Positions 51,922 through 64,000 of a stretch of 64,000 nt of DNA are shown here, piece after piece (the first letter of the stretch is position 1; every line of letters begins with the position of its first letter). The DNA lies in assembly GCA_028826165.1 (NCBI GenBank), contig JAPDFW010000044.1:496001-560000 (forward strand), given 5' to 3'. The stretch is from Anaeramoeba ignava BMAN (Eukaryota; Protista; Anaeramoebae). Position numbers and translations under genes: made by a program. Below the pieces are notes generated by a model. The model worked only from the letters and a program-made list of their open reading frames with translations. It did not search any database and was not told the DNA's origin.

Positions 51922-54900
51922 ATGCAAAACTTAGCAAATGAAAATAATAATAAAAATAGTAATTCAAATTTATCTAGAAATGAAGTTCCTTATTTTTCTA
52001 ATTCGTTAATAAATACATTTCAACAAAAACAAAATCAAGAAGATCAAAATCAAGAAATAAAAGAAATAAATGAAATAAAAGAAATAAATGAACAAAAAAT
52101 TCTTAAATCAGAACAAAAGTAAGTTTAATAGTTAAAAAAAAAATTGATCAAATTTTTTATTCAAATTTTTTATTCATTTAAAATAGTAATAATCAAGAAG
52201 AAACGAGAAAAAAAGAAACAACAAACAAAATACTTGATTTAAATCAAATTCGATTATTTCTTAAAGAAGCACAAAATCAAAATGTTAATATTCCAGAAGA
52301 TTTAATAAATTCAATTGAAAAATATGAAAAAAATGAATTAACTTATGATGAAATTAGTCAAAAAATTGATTATACTTTCCAAAATAATTTTGATCTTTCA
52401 AGATTTTATCACTTCTTTTTTTCACAAAGAAGAATACAAAAACAACAACAGAAAAAAAGACCTAATCCATTTAGTGATTTAGATGTTCAAGCATATTATT
52501 TCAATAGATCAATTGATTTTATTCAAAAAGTGGAAAAAAAATATCAACCAAATTCAAATGAATTTTTACAATTTAAAATCATTTTAGACAAAATACTTTC
52601 AAAACAAATTAATTTGCAAGAAATTATAATTGAAATTCAAAATATTTTCCCATATAACTTAGATTTAATTCAAGAATTTTTAGAAATGATTCCTCCAAAT
52701 AATAAATATGAACAGCAATTAATACACTTTTCATTATTACAAATTCAAAGAAAAAGACAAGAAATGTTGAATAAATCAAATATTCATGTTGAAAAAGGAG
52801 AATCACAAAATGATTCAAATAATATTCAAAAAAATGAACAAAATCCTCAAATTTCATCTCAAATGAAACATCAACATTTCTTCAAGAAAATCAATCAATT
52901 ATTAAAACCTAATTATTATAATGATTTTTTGAAGTGCATAAATTCATTTAATCAAGGATTTTTAACAAAGAAACAACTTCTTTTGCTTGTAAAACCTTTA
53001 TTTGATAAAGATATTTTTACTGAATTTGAGAAATTGATATTATTTGATGATTCAACAGTTACTGAAATTGAAAAATTAGCTCCAGTGCAACAACTTAATT
53101 TCAAAAAATTAAAAAAATGTGGACCTTCTTATCGAGCATTACCTTCTCAAGTTAATATTTTAATTCAAAATTTAATTTAATTCATTTTAATTTTCAAAAT
53201 TTAAAATAAATTTATTTAGTATCATAAAATAAAATGTCAAGCAAGAGGAAAACTTGAAAAATCCATTTTAAATAATAAATGGGTTTCAACTGCTATTGGA
53301 AAAGAAGAAACAAATGCAGAACATGATTTGGAAGATGATCAATTTGAACAAGAAATGCAAAAATTTGAAGAAAAAAGATTTGAAGTTGATATGTCACTTG
53401 AAAGTTTATCAAAAATATTAAAAAGTTTAACAGAAATATCATTAAAAATTGATACAATTTCACAAGAAAAAATTGAAGAATTTGCAAAAAGTAATCAAAT
53501 AATAAGAAATAAATAAATAAATCAAGATCTCATTTCAATTATTTTATTAAATAAATAGATTTCTTAAAAGATCATGTTCATTTAAAAGTTATTAAATTGC
53601 TTTATCAAAAAAATTATAATGGATTTTTATCTTTATTTAATAAATTCCCAAAAGGAGGAATTAAAGTTATTTTAAATACTGCAACAGAAAAATATCAATA
53701 TTTGCAATTAAAGAAAAAAGAAATGAATAATCATTTTGGTAATCTTACAAAAAAATATGCTCAAAAATCAAGAGAAAATCAAATTATAAAATTTCAATCA
53801 CAACAAAAAAGGAAATTAAATGAGAAAAGTAAATTGTCTTATTTTTTTTAGATAATTTTAATTTTAAAAATAAGCAAATCATTTTTAAATTATTAATTCT
53901 TTTAATTTATTACAAAAAATAAAATAAATAGATTTATTAAAAGAAATTGAAATTAGAAAAAATCAAATTGAAGAATCAGATAATATGAATATTGAATCTA
54001 GTGATGAACTTTCAACAAGTGAAACTGAAGATTCTTCATTAAATTCTGAAGATACATTTTCATCTGAAGATTCAAATGAAAATCAAAATCAAAATCAAAA
54101 TCAAAATCAAAATCAGAATGAAAATCAAAATCAAAATCAAAATCAAAATCAAAATCAAAATCAAAATCAAAATCAAAATCAAAATCAAAATCAAAATCAA
54201 AATCAAAATCAAAATGAAAATTCAAATTCAAATGAAAATTCAAATGAAAATTCAAATGAAAATTCAAATGAAAATTCAAATCAAAATGAAAATTTAAAAA
54301 TTTTAGGAAATGGTGAATAATTCAAATGAAAATTCAAATGAAAATTCAAATGAAAATTCAAATCAAAATGAAAATTTAAAAATTTTAGGAAATGGTGAAT
54401 TATTTAATCAAGAAAGAAAAGAAAAAAAGATTCACTTTAAAAAAAGAAATATCAAATATTTAGTATTTGATTTTAATGATTCAATTATTTTTAATGCAAT
54501 ATCCAAAATTACTCAAATTGGAATAGAAAATATTTCAAATTTAAAGAACTTTGAAATAAATAATGAAAAATATTTTTCATCAGTTACAAATTTAATGAAA
54601 AAAATTGATAAAGAATTTGATATTAATAACATTTCCAGTTTTCTAAATGAAAAAGTTAATGAATTTATTAAAAATTTTTTCAATACAAAATCAGAATTAA
54701 CAAAAATTATTGATTTGAAAAATTCCAAAAATCAAAAAGATGAAAATGAAGAAGATCTTAATTATGTTTTAGGAATTTCATTTCCAACTTCAATTCAATC
54801 AAAAATCAAAGTTATTTCACAAATGAAAGGAAACAAATATTTATATTATTTCTTCCGTGTTTATCAAATATTTTATTCAATTCTTCAAAAAGCAAAAAAG

Positions 54901-55338
54901 ATCATTTCTCAAAAAAAAGAATTAGGAACACCAAAATATGATATTAATTCAACAATTCCAATTGATTTACTTCAACATGAATATTTGAAATCAGTCATTT
55001 CAAATCAAAATGAAAAAGCTTATTCTTTTGAATTTTTTCTTGCTTTAATTTCAAAAAGATTAAAAAAAGAAATTTCTAAAAACGAATTTAAACAAAAATT
55101 AAATGAAATATTTGGTCAATATGATTTTCAATTTAGTACTATTTGTGAAGTAATTGGAACATTAATTTTTTCATTTATCAAATTATTTTCAAATCAAAAT
55201 CAAAATCAAAATGAAAATGAGAATGAGAAAACCAAACAAAAACATTTTTTCAATTTCCAATTTCATGAAGTTATGAATTTATCACAAAATCAAGTTGGGA
55301 ATCGATATCAACTTTTAATTTTAAACAAAAAAAACTAA
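51922..55338 (+). CDS. SIN3: Sin3-like PAH corepressor; introns 52119-52186, 53151-53219, 53491-53558, about 53829-53931, and possibly 54313-54388
   Basis: PAH repeats (FIQKVEKKY..DLIQEFLEMIP; YNDFLKCINSFNQ); HDAC-interacting domain (CGPSYRALP..C..LNNKWVS..EEKRFEVDM); C-terminal YYFFRVYQIFY. Confidence 0.88.
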
Positions 55339-55364
55339 AATAAAAAGAAAAACAAAACACAATT

Positions 55365-56662
55365 TAAATTTAATAATAAAAAATGGAATAAATTTATTAA
55401 TAAAAAATGGAATAAATTTATTAATAAAAATATAATAAATTTATTAATAAAAAATGGAATAAATTTATTAATAAAAAATATAATAAATTTATTAATAAAA
55501 AATGAAATAAATTTATTAATAAAAAATATAATAAATTTATTAATAAAAAATGAAATAAATTTATTAATAAAAAAGTGGAATAAATTTATTAATAAAAATG
55601 GAATAAATTTATTAATAAAAAATAGAATAAATTTATTAATAAAAAATATAATAAATTTATTAATAAAAATATAATAAATTTATTAATAAAAATATAATAA
55701 ATTTATTAATAAAAATATAATAAAATTAATAATAAAAAGTGGAATAAATTTATTAATAAAAAGTGGAATAAATTTATTAATAAAAAGTGGAATAAATTTA
55801 TTAATAAAAATATAATAAATTTATTAATAAAAAAATAGAATAAATTTATTAATAAAAATATAATAAATTTATTAATAAAAATATAATAAATTTATTAATA
55901 AAAAAGTGGAATAAATTTATTAATAAAAATGGAATAAATTTATTATTAAAAATATAATAAATTTATTAATAAAAATATAATAAATTTATTAATAAAAATG
56001 GAATAAATTTATTAATAAAAATATAATAAATTTATTATTAAAAAGTGGAATAAATTTATTAATAAAAAATGGAATAAATTTATTAATAAAAATATAATAA
56101 ATTTATTAATAAAAATATAATAAATTTATTAATAAAAAGTGGAATAAATTTATTAATAAAAATATAATAAATTTATTAATAAAAAGTGGAATAAATTTAT
56201 TAATAATAAAATATAATAAATTTATTAATAAAAATATAATAAATTTATTAATAAAAATATAATAAATTTATTAATAAAAAGTGGAATAAATTTATTAATA
56301 AAAATGGAATAAATTTATTAATAAAAAAATGGAATAAATTTATTAATAAAAATATAATAAATTTATTAATAAAAATATGGAATAAATTTATTAATAAAAA
56401 ATTGGAATAAATTTATTAATAAAAATGGAATAAATTTATTATTAAAAAGTGGAATAAATTTAATAATAAAAAATGGAATAAATTTATTAATAAAAAATAG
56501 AATAAATTTATTAATAAAAAATATAATAAATTTATTAATAAAAAGTGGAATAAATTTATTAATAAAAAGTGGAATAAATTTATTAATAAAAAAGTGGAAT
56601 AAATTTATTAATAAAAAATATAATAAATTTATTAATAAAAAATATAATAAATTTATTAATAA
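55365..56662. repeat. ~22-bp minisatellite with palindromic core AATAAATTTATT
   Basis: AATAAATTTATTAATAAAAA followed by TAT, TGG, GTGG or TAG variants. Confidence 0.95.
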
Positions 56663-56778
56663 ATTAAATAAAAATGAAACAGATTTCTATAATGACGTTT
56701 TTATTTTTTTAATTTTTTTCAATCAAAAAAAATATTTTTTTTTCATTTTTTTTCATTTTTCATTTTTTTTCACAATCA

Positions 56779-58023
56779 ATGAAGAAAATTACAATTTATT
56801 CAACAATATTATTTCTTTTTTTAATAACAAAAACAAAAACAAAAACAGAAACAAAAGATGTAATTGAACTAAATTATTTAAATTTTGATTCAATCGTTTT
56901 AAAAAATTATGATCAAGATGTATTTGTAGTATTTGCAGCAGAATGGTGTCCCCATTGTCAAAAATTAATGCCTGAATGGAATAAAGCAGCATCTACATTA
57001 AAAGGATTAATAATATTTGGACATGTTGATTCTTCAGATCAAGTTTTAAATCAAAAATATCAAATAAAAGGATTTCCAACAATTAAATTATTCAAACATA
57101 CAAAAGAAGGAGGAGTTAAAGAAGTGATTGATTATAATGGACAAAGAGAATTTAACTCATTGAAAAATTTCGCACTTTCATTTCTTGAATCATATGTTGT
57201 TGATTTGCAAAATGTTGATCAATGGATTTCTTCTACTCAAGACAGAAAAAAAGTTGTTTTATTTCCTTCAAGTAAATTTAATGATGTTCCCCCTTTGTTT
57301 AAAGGTTTATCAAGAGATTTTAGAGGGGATCTTGGTTTCGGTGTTGTTTTCCAAAACAATCCTGATCATAAATATTTAATGCAAATGTTTGGTGTTGATA
57401 ATTCTCCAAAAATCGTTATTCTTGATAAAAATGGTTCTCCAATTTCTTATTATTCGGGAAAAACAGAATATAAACAATTAAAAAAATATTTGAGTTCTTT
57501 TGTTAGTTCAACTTCAGAAAATTTCGAAAATTTTGAAAATGAAAATGAACAAGAAAATGAACAAGAAAATCAAGAAAATCAAGAAAATCAAAAAAATCAA
57601 AATTTTATACATCAAATGACAAACCAAAATTATCAAGATATTTGTTTCCTTCAAAAAAAAGGTCTTTGTGTTATTTTAACTTTATCCGAATTCAACAAAA
57701 ACCAAAATGAAGAAGAAAAAATCTCACTTTTTGAACAAATGATGATTAAATTGAGAAAAGATCCATTATTTAAAAGCTTTTCTTATATTAATTTCCTTGA
57801 AAGTGATATCGATAATTCTAATGATTTTATGGAAAATTTGGGAGATATTACAGATTTATCAAAGAATCATGAATTATTTGTTATCAATCCAAAAAAAAGT
57901 AAAATGGTTGTTTTTGAAGGAAAATTAGAAGATGAATTAGAAGTTTATAATTTTTTGGATCATATCATTTCAGGAGAAGGAAAGTTTATTTCTTTAAATA
58001 AGAATCAAAAAAAAGAACTTTAA
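56779..58023 (+). CDS. Protein disulfide isomerase family protein (PDIA6/P5-like, one active thioredoxin domain)
   Basis: Signal-like N-terminus, FAAEWCPHCQKL, IKGFPTIKLF, DYNGQR, C-terminal KKEL ER-retention-like signal. Confidence 0.92.
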   Translation: MKKITIYSTILFLFLITKTKTKTETKDVIELNYLNFDSIVLKNYDQDVFVVFAAEWCPHCQKLMPEWNKAASTLKGLIIFGHVDSSDQVLNQKYQIKGFPTIKLFKHTKEGGVKEVIDYNGQREFNSLKNFALSFLESYVVDLQNVDQWISSTQDRKKVVLFPSSKFNDVPPLFKGLSRDFRGDLGFGVVFQNNPDHKYLMQMFGVDNSPKIVILDKNGSPISYYSGKTEYKQLKKYLSSFVSSTSENFENFENENEQENEQENQENQENQKNQNFIHQMTNQNYQDICFLQKKGLCVILTLSEFNKNQNEEEKISLFEQMMIKLRKDPLFKSFSYINFLESDIDNSNDFMENLGDITDLSKNHELFVINPKKSKMVVFEGKLEDELEVYNFLDHIISGEGKFISLNKNQKKEL

Positions 58024-58109
58024 AAATCAGAAAATAAGAATAAATCAAGAAAGCAAAAATTTTTTTTTTGAATTCCTTTTTTTTCTTTAATAATTTTAAA
58101 TTGGAAAAG

Positions 58110-61100
58110 AGCAATAAATAATAAATATAATAAATTTATTAATAAAAAATAGAATAAATTTATTAATAAAAAGTGGAATAAATTTATTAATAAAAAGTGG
58201 AATAAATTTATTAATAAAAAAATATAATAAATTTATTAATAAAAAGTGGAATAAATTTATTAATAAAAAATATAATAAATTTATTAATAAAAAATATAAT
58301 AAATTTATTAATAAAAAATATAATAAATTTATTAATAAAAAAGTGGAATAAATTTATTAATAATAAAAATGGAATAAATTTATTAATAATAAAAATGGAA
58401 TAAATTTATTAATAAAAAATGGAATAAATTTATTAATAAAAATATAATAAATTTATTAATAAAAAAGTGGAATAAATTTATTAATAAAAATATAATAAAT
58501 TTATTAATAAAAATATAATAAATTTATTAATAAAAAAAATAAATTTATTAATAAAAAATATAATAAATTTATTAATAAAAAGTGGAATAAATTTATTATT
58601 AATAAAAAATAATAAATTTATTAATAAAAATATAATAAATTTATTAATAAAAAATATAATAAATTTATTAATAAAAATGGAATAAATTTATTAATAAAAA
58701 TAGAATAAATTTATTAATAAAAAATGGAATAAATTTATTAATAAAAAATGGAATAAATTTATTAATAAAAATGGAATAAATTTATTAATAAAAATATAAT
58801 AAATTTATTAATAAAAATGGAATAAATTTATTAATAAAAATGGAATAAATTTATTAATAAAAATGGAATAAATTTATTAATAAAAATATGGAATAAATTT
58901 ATTATCAAAAAAAAGTGGAATATATTAATAAAAATATAATAAAATTTTATTAATAAAAATATAATAAATTTATTAATAAAAATAAAAAAAATTTATTAAA
59001 AAAATATAATAAATTTATTAATAATAAAAATATAATAAATTTATTAATAAAAATATAATAAATTTATTAATAAAAATATAATAAATTTTATTAATAAAAA
59101 TATAATAAATTTATTAAAAAAATGGAATAAATTTATTAATAAAAAAATGGAATAAAATTAATAAAAATTAATAAAAATTAATAAAAATATAATAAATTTA
59201 TTAATAAAAATGGAATAAATTTATTAATAAAAAATGGAATAAAATTTATTAATAAAAAAAAATGGAATAAATTTATTATTAATAAAAATATAATAAATTT
59301 ATTAATAAAAATATAATAAATTTATAATAAAAATATAATAAATTTATTAAAAAAATATAATAAATTTATTAATAATAAAAATATAATAAATTTATTAATA
59401 AAAATATAATAAAATTTTGAAATTCAAATTTATTAATAAAAATATAATAAATTTATAATAAAAATATAATAAATTTATTAATAAAAATATAATAAATTTA
59501 TTAATAAAAATAGAATAAATTTATTAATAAAAATATAATAAATTTATTAATAAAAAATATAATAAATTTATTAATAAAAATATAATAAATTTTTAATAAA
59601 AATATAATAAATTTATTTAGTGGAATAAATTTATTAATAAAAAATGGAATAAATTTATTAATAAAAATGGAATAAATTTATTAATAAAAATATAATAAAT
59701 TTATTAATAAAAATATAATAAATTTATTAATAAAAATATAATAAATTTAAAAAAAAAAATATAATAAATTTATTAATAAAAATATAATAAATTTATTAAT
59801 AAAAATGGAATAAATTTAATAATAAAAATAGAATAAATTTATTAAAAAAAATAAATAAATTTATTAATAAAAAAGTGGAATAAATTTATTAATAAAAATA
59901 TAACAAATTTATTAATAAAAAATATAATAAATTTATTAATAAAAATATAATAAATTTATTAATAAAAATATAATAAATTTATTAATAAAAAAATATAATA
60001 AAATTAATAAAAATATAATAAATTTATTAATAAAAAATGGAATAAATTTATTAATAAAAAATATATAAATTTATAAAAAAATATAATAAATTTATTAATA
60101 AAAATAGAATAAATTTATTAATAAAAATAAATAAATTTATTAATAAAAATGGAATAAATTTATTAATAAAAAATATAATAAATTTATTAATAATAAATAT
60201 AATAAATTTATTAATAAAAAGTGGAATAAATTTATTAATAAAAATATAATAAATTTATTAATAAAAATATAATAAATTTATTAATAAAAATATAATAAAT
60301 TTATTAATTATTAATAAAAATATAATAAATTTATTAATAAAAAAAGTGGAATAAATTTATTAATAAAAATATAATAAATTTATTAATAAAAATGGAATAA
60401 ATTTATTAATAAAAATGGAATAAATTTATTAATAAAAATATAATAAATTTAATAATAAAAATATAATAAATTTATTAATAAAAATTGAATAAATTTATTA
60501 ATAAAAAAATAATAAATTTATTATTAAAAATTTAATAAATTTATTAATAAAAAATGGAATAAATTTATTTAAAAAAATGGAAAAATTTATTAATAAAAAT
60601 TAATAAATTTATTAATAAAAATGGAATAAATTTATTAATAAAAATGGAATAAATTTATTAATAAAAATGGAATAAATTTATTAATAAAAAATGGAATAAA
60701 TTTATTAATAAAAAGGTGGAATAAATTTATTAATAAAAATATAATAAATTTATTAATAAAAAAATAATAAATTTATTAATAAAAAATAAAATAAATTTAT
60801 TAATAAAAATATAATAAATTTATTAATAAAAATATAATAAATTTATTAATAAAAATAAAATAAATTTATTAATAAAAATATAATAAATTTATTAATAAAA
60901 ATATAATAAATTTATTAATAAAAAGTGGAATAAATTTATTAATAAAAAAATATAATAAATTTATTAATAAAAATATAATAAATTTAATAAAAAATATAAT
61001 AAATTTATTAATAAATATAATAAATTTATTAATAATAAATATAATAAATTTAATAATAAAAATATAATAAATTTATTAATAAAAATATAATAAATTTATT

Positions 61101-61562
61101 AATAAAAATATAATAAATTTATTAATAAAAATATAATAAATTTATTAATAAAAAATAAATTTATTAATAAATTTATTAATAAAAAATGGAATAAATTTAT
61201 TAATAAAAATATAATAAATTTATTAATAAAAAGTGGAATAAATTTATTAATAAAAAAGTGGAATAAATTTATTAATAAAAATATAATAAATTTATTAATA
61301 AAAAAATAGAATAAATATATTAATAAAAATATAATAAATTTATTAATAAAAATGGAATAAATTTATTAATAAAAAGTGGAATAAATTTATTAATAAAAAT
61401 GGAATAAATTTATTAACAAAAGTGGAATAAATTTATTAATAAAAATATAATAAATTTATTAATAAAAAGTGTAATAAATTTATTAATAAAAAATATAATA
61501 AATTTATTAATAAAAATGGAATAAATTTATTAATAAAAAGTGGAATAAATTTATTAATAAAA
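58110..61562. repeat. ~22-bp minisatellite, same family as 55365-56662
   Basis: Directly visible. Confidence 0.95.
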
Positions 61563-61688
61563 AATTATTTAAAAAAAAATATTTTTTCATTTTTAATTTT
61601 TCATTTTTTTTCTTAATAAATTTATTTTAAATTTAAAAAAAATTTTTTTTTTTAGAATTAATAAATAAAAATAATAAAGAAATAATAA

Positions 61689-63965
61689 ATGAATTCAGAT
61701 TCAGATCAAGAAGAAATTTGGGAAAAAAAACCACGTTCATTTCAAACAAAACAATTTCAAATTCCAGAAACACAAATTAAAAAATTACCTTTTAAAGATA
61801 GAAAAGGAAATTTAATTGAAAATGAAAATGAAAATGAAAAAGAAATTAATCAAAAAATAAAAAGAAAAAAAAATTTGAAAAAATAAAAAGATGAATATGA
61901 AAATGTTTATAATGAAAATGATAATGAAAATGGAAATGAAAACGAAAATGATGAAGATGAAAATGAAAATAAAAAAAATGAAGAAATTAATGAATATAAA
62001 TTATTTCAAATTTTGAAAGAAAAAAAAGAATTAATTGCTCAAATGTCATCAATAATAACTGAAGATCCAGAAAAAAGTGTTGAATTATTAAATCAAATAT
62101 TTAAATATTGCAAAGATAAATTTTATTCAATTAGAAAATATGCAATAATTTCATTAGTAGCAATATATATAGATATTATTCCTGGTTATACAATTAGAGA
62201 ACTTTCTGAACAAGAAAAAAATCAAAAATTATCAAAAGAAGTTTTTCAATTAAGAAAATTTGAAGAGAAATTATTACAAAATTATCATAAATTTATCCAA
62301 TATTTGATTGATATTCTCAAACAAGAACAGAAAAGAATCAATAGAAAGAAAAGAAAGAAAGATTATTTTTCAAATGAAGAAACAAAAAATAATGATTATA
62401 AAATTAATGGAGAAATAATTACATCAGAAAAAGAAGAAAATCAACTTGTTTTAATTTCATTGAAATCATTGAATAGTTTATTGAAAGCAAAACCTTATTT
62501 TAATTTTAATAATGAGATTTCAAAATCATTAGTTTCTTATATTGATGATTCAAGAGAAGATATTTCAAATGAATGTTTTGGATCAATTATTGAAGTTATT
62601 AAACATGATAAATCAAGAGATATTTCACTTGTAATTATAAAAGAAATTGCCAAAATTATCAAACAAAGAAATTATAAATCAAATCCTAAATTGGTTCAAG
62701 TATTTCTTCACATTTCAATTGATCCAGATGTTATTCTTAAACAGAAAAAAATGGAAGAAGAAGAAGAACAAAGAAATCTAAGTGAAAAATTAAAGAGAAA
62801 ACTTGAAAGAAAGAAAAGCAAAATGAAACAAAGAATGACTCAAAAACAAAAACTGAAGAAAATAGAAAACGATAAAATTGAAAAAAAATTGAAAAAAACA
62901 TTAGAAAACCAAGAAAAAGAAAGATCTCAAAGATTACAAATAGAAATGCTTAATGCAATATTTATAACATATTTCAGAGTTTTAAAAAGAGCAAAACATA
63001 GTGTATTGATGCCATTTGTTTTAGAAGGATTATCGAAATTTTCTCATTTAATCAATCTCAATTTTTGGAGATATAATTTCAACATTAAAAGAAACTGTGA
63101 AATACAAGAATATCAATTTGAAAATGACTATTCATTGCATTTTTACAGCAATAGCAATAATTACAAAACAAGGAAAAGTATAATTTCAACAGATTTCAAA
63201 GATTTTTACGATAAATTATATTCAAGAATGTTTCAATCATTCATCACACATCTATTACCAATATCCAAAGATAATTATGAATATTCCAACTCAAATAATT
63301 GTCTTGTTAGATTAGAAGGATATGTTCCAAATTTATCAATTTATAATTACAACAAAGAAATCAACTTATTACTTGTTAATTGTATTGAAAAATTACTATT
63401 TGGAATGAAAGAATTATCTAATGAAAGAATTGCAGGATTTATCAAAAGATTGGCATCGTTACTTTTACATCAATACGAAGGAGTTTCTCTTGGAATTTTA
63501 ATTTTGATGAAGGATTTAATGATGCAATATCCAAAAACTCAACAATTATTAGATTCAGAAAATTTAAGTTCAGGTGTTTATGATCCAAATATTAAATCAC
63601 CAGAACATTCAAATGCTTTTTCTTCAAATCTTTGGGAATTCTGTTTACTAAAAAATCATTATAATCCTCAAATTTCTAGTTATGTTCAAACTGTTTCAAA
63701 ATATATTGATGATATTGATTCTTTAGATTCTCATACTAAATATTTTTTAGATGATAAAAAGCCAAATCAAATTATTAATTCTTCAACTTCTTTTAATTTT
63801 ATTAATTCAGAATCTGATTTTTTAGATTTTCTTCAATTAAATGAACTTCCTCAAAATTTTAAGAATAAAATGAAACATAAAAAAGTTATTCATTATCATC
63901 ATCAAAGTTATATTTCTGATTCTCCTTTTCTTAGATTAATTTTAGAAGAAGAAAATAAACAATAA
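61689..63965 (+). CDS. NOC3: Nucleolar complex-associated protein 3 (frameshift near 61860; compensating indels near 63065 and 63180)
   Basis: KELIAQMSSIITEDPE; DIIPGYTIREL..KLSKEV..FEEKLLQNY; YFRVLK..VLEGLSKFSHLIN; GVYDPNIKSPEHSNA..LWE...HYNP. Confidence 0.92.
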
Positions 63966-64000
63966 ACTTTTAAATTTTTTAATTTTTTAATTTTTTTTTA

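Noticed and set aside
1-64000. Non-standard genetic code (TAA/TAG = Gln)
   Set aside because: Long conserved ORFs (Ro60, PDI, BTB copy 3) have no in-frame TAA/TAG, use CAA for Gln and end in TAA.

Overview
Extremely AT-rich eukaryotic nuclear DNA with the standard genetic code, GT-AG spliceosomal introns and NQ/NE homopeptide tracts. The style suggests an amoeboid or metamonad protist such as Anaeramoeba, which is an inference only. The window has two halves. (1) 1-21.1 kb has no recognisable host gene. It consists of blocks of short, decayed coding fragments from several DNA-transposon superfamilies (Mutator-like, MULE, pogo-type DD35D, PIF/Harbinger, Crypton-type tyrosine recombinase, possibly hAT-like), separated by ~144-bp and ~160-bp AT satellites. 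The fragments are co-oriented within each (half-)block and mostly lie antisense to a TTTTCATTTT promoter-like motif at the satellite edge. This resembles a flamenco/piRNA-cluster-like transposon-memory locus and is the best candidate for an undescribed system. (2) 21.1-64 kb holds host genes separated by minisatellites: an F-box/TMEM185 fusion, a tandem cluster of five BTB-BACK-TLDc genes plus an orphan 3' fragment, then FKBP15-like, TOM1-like (VHS-GAT), Ro60/TROVE, WW-MyTH4-RhoGAP, Sin3, PDI and NOC3 genes. There are two candidate intron-birth events, one by microsatellite intronisation and one by tandem duplication. Many host genes carry single-base homopolymer frameshifts that are probably assembly errors. 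All family calls come from motifs recognised by eye; no database search was run.
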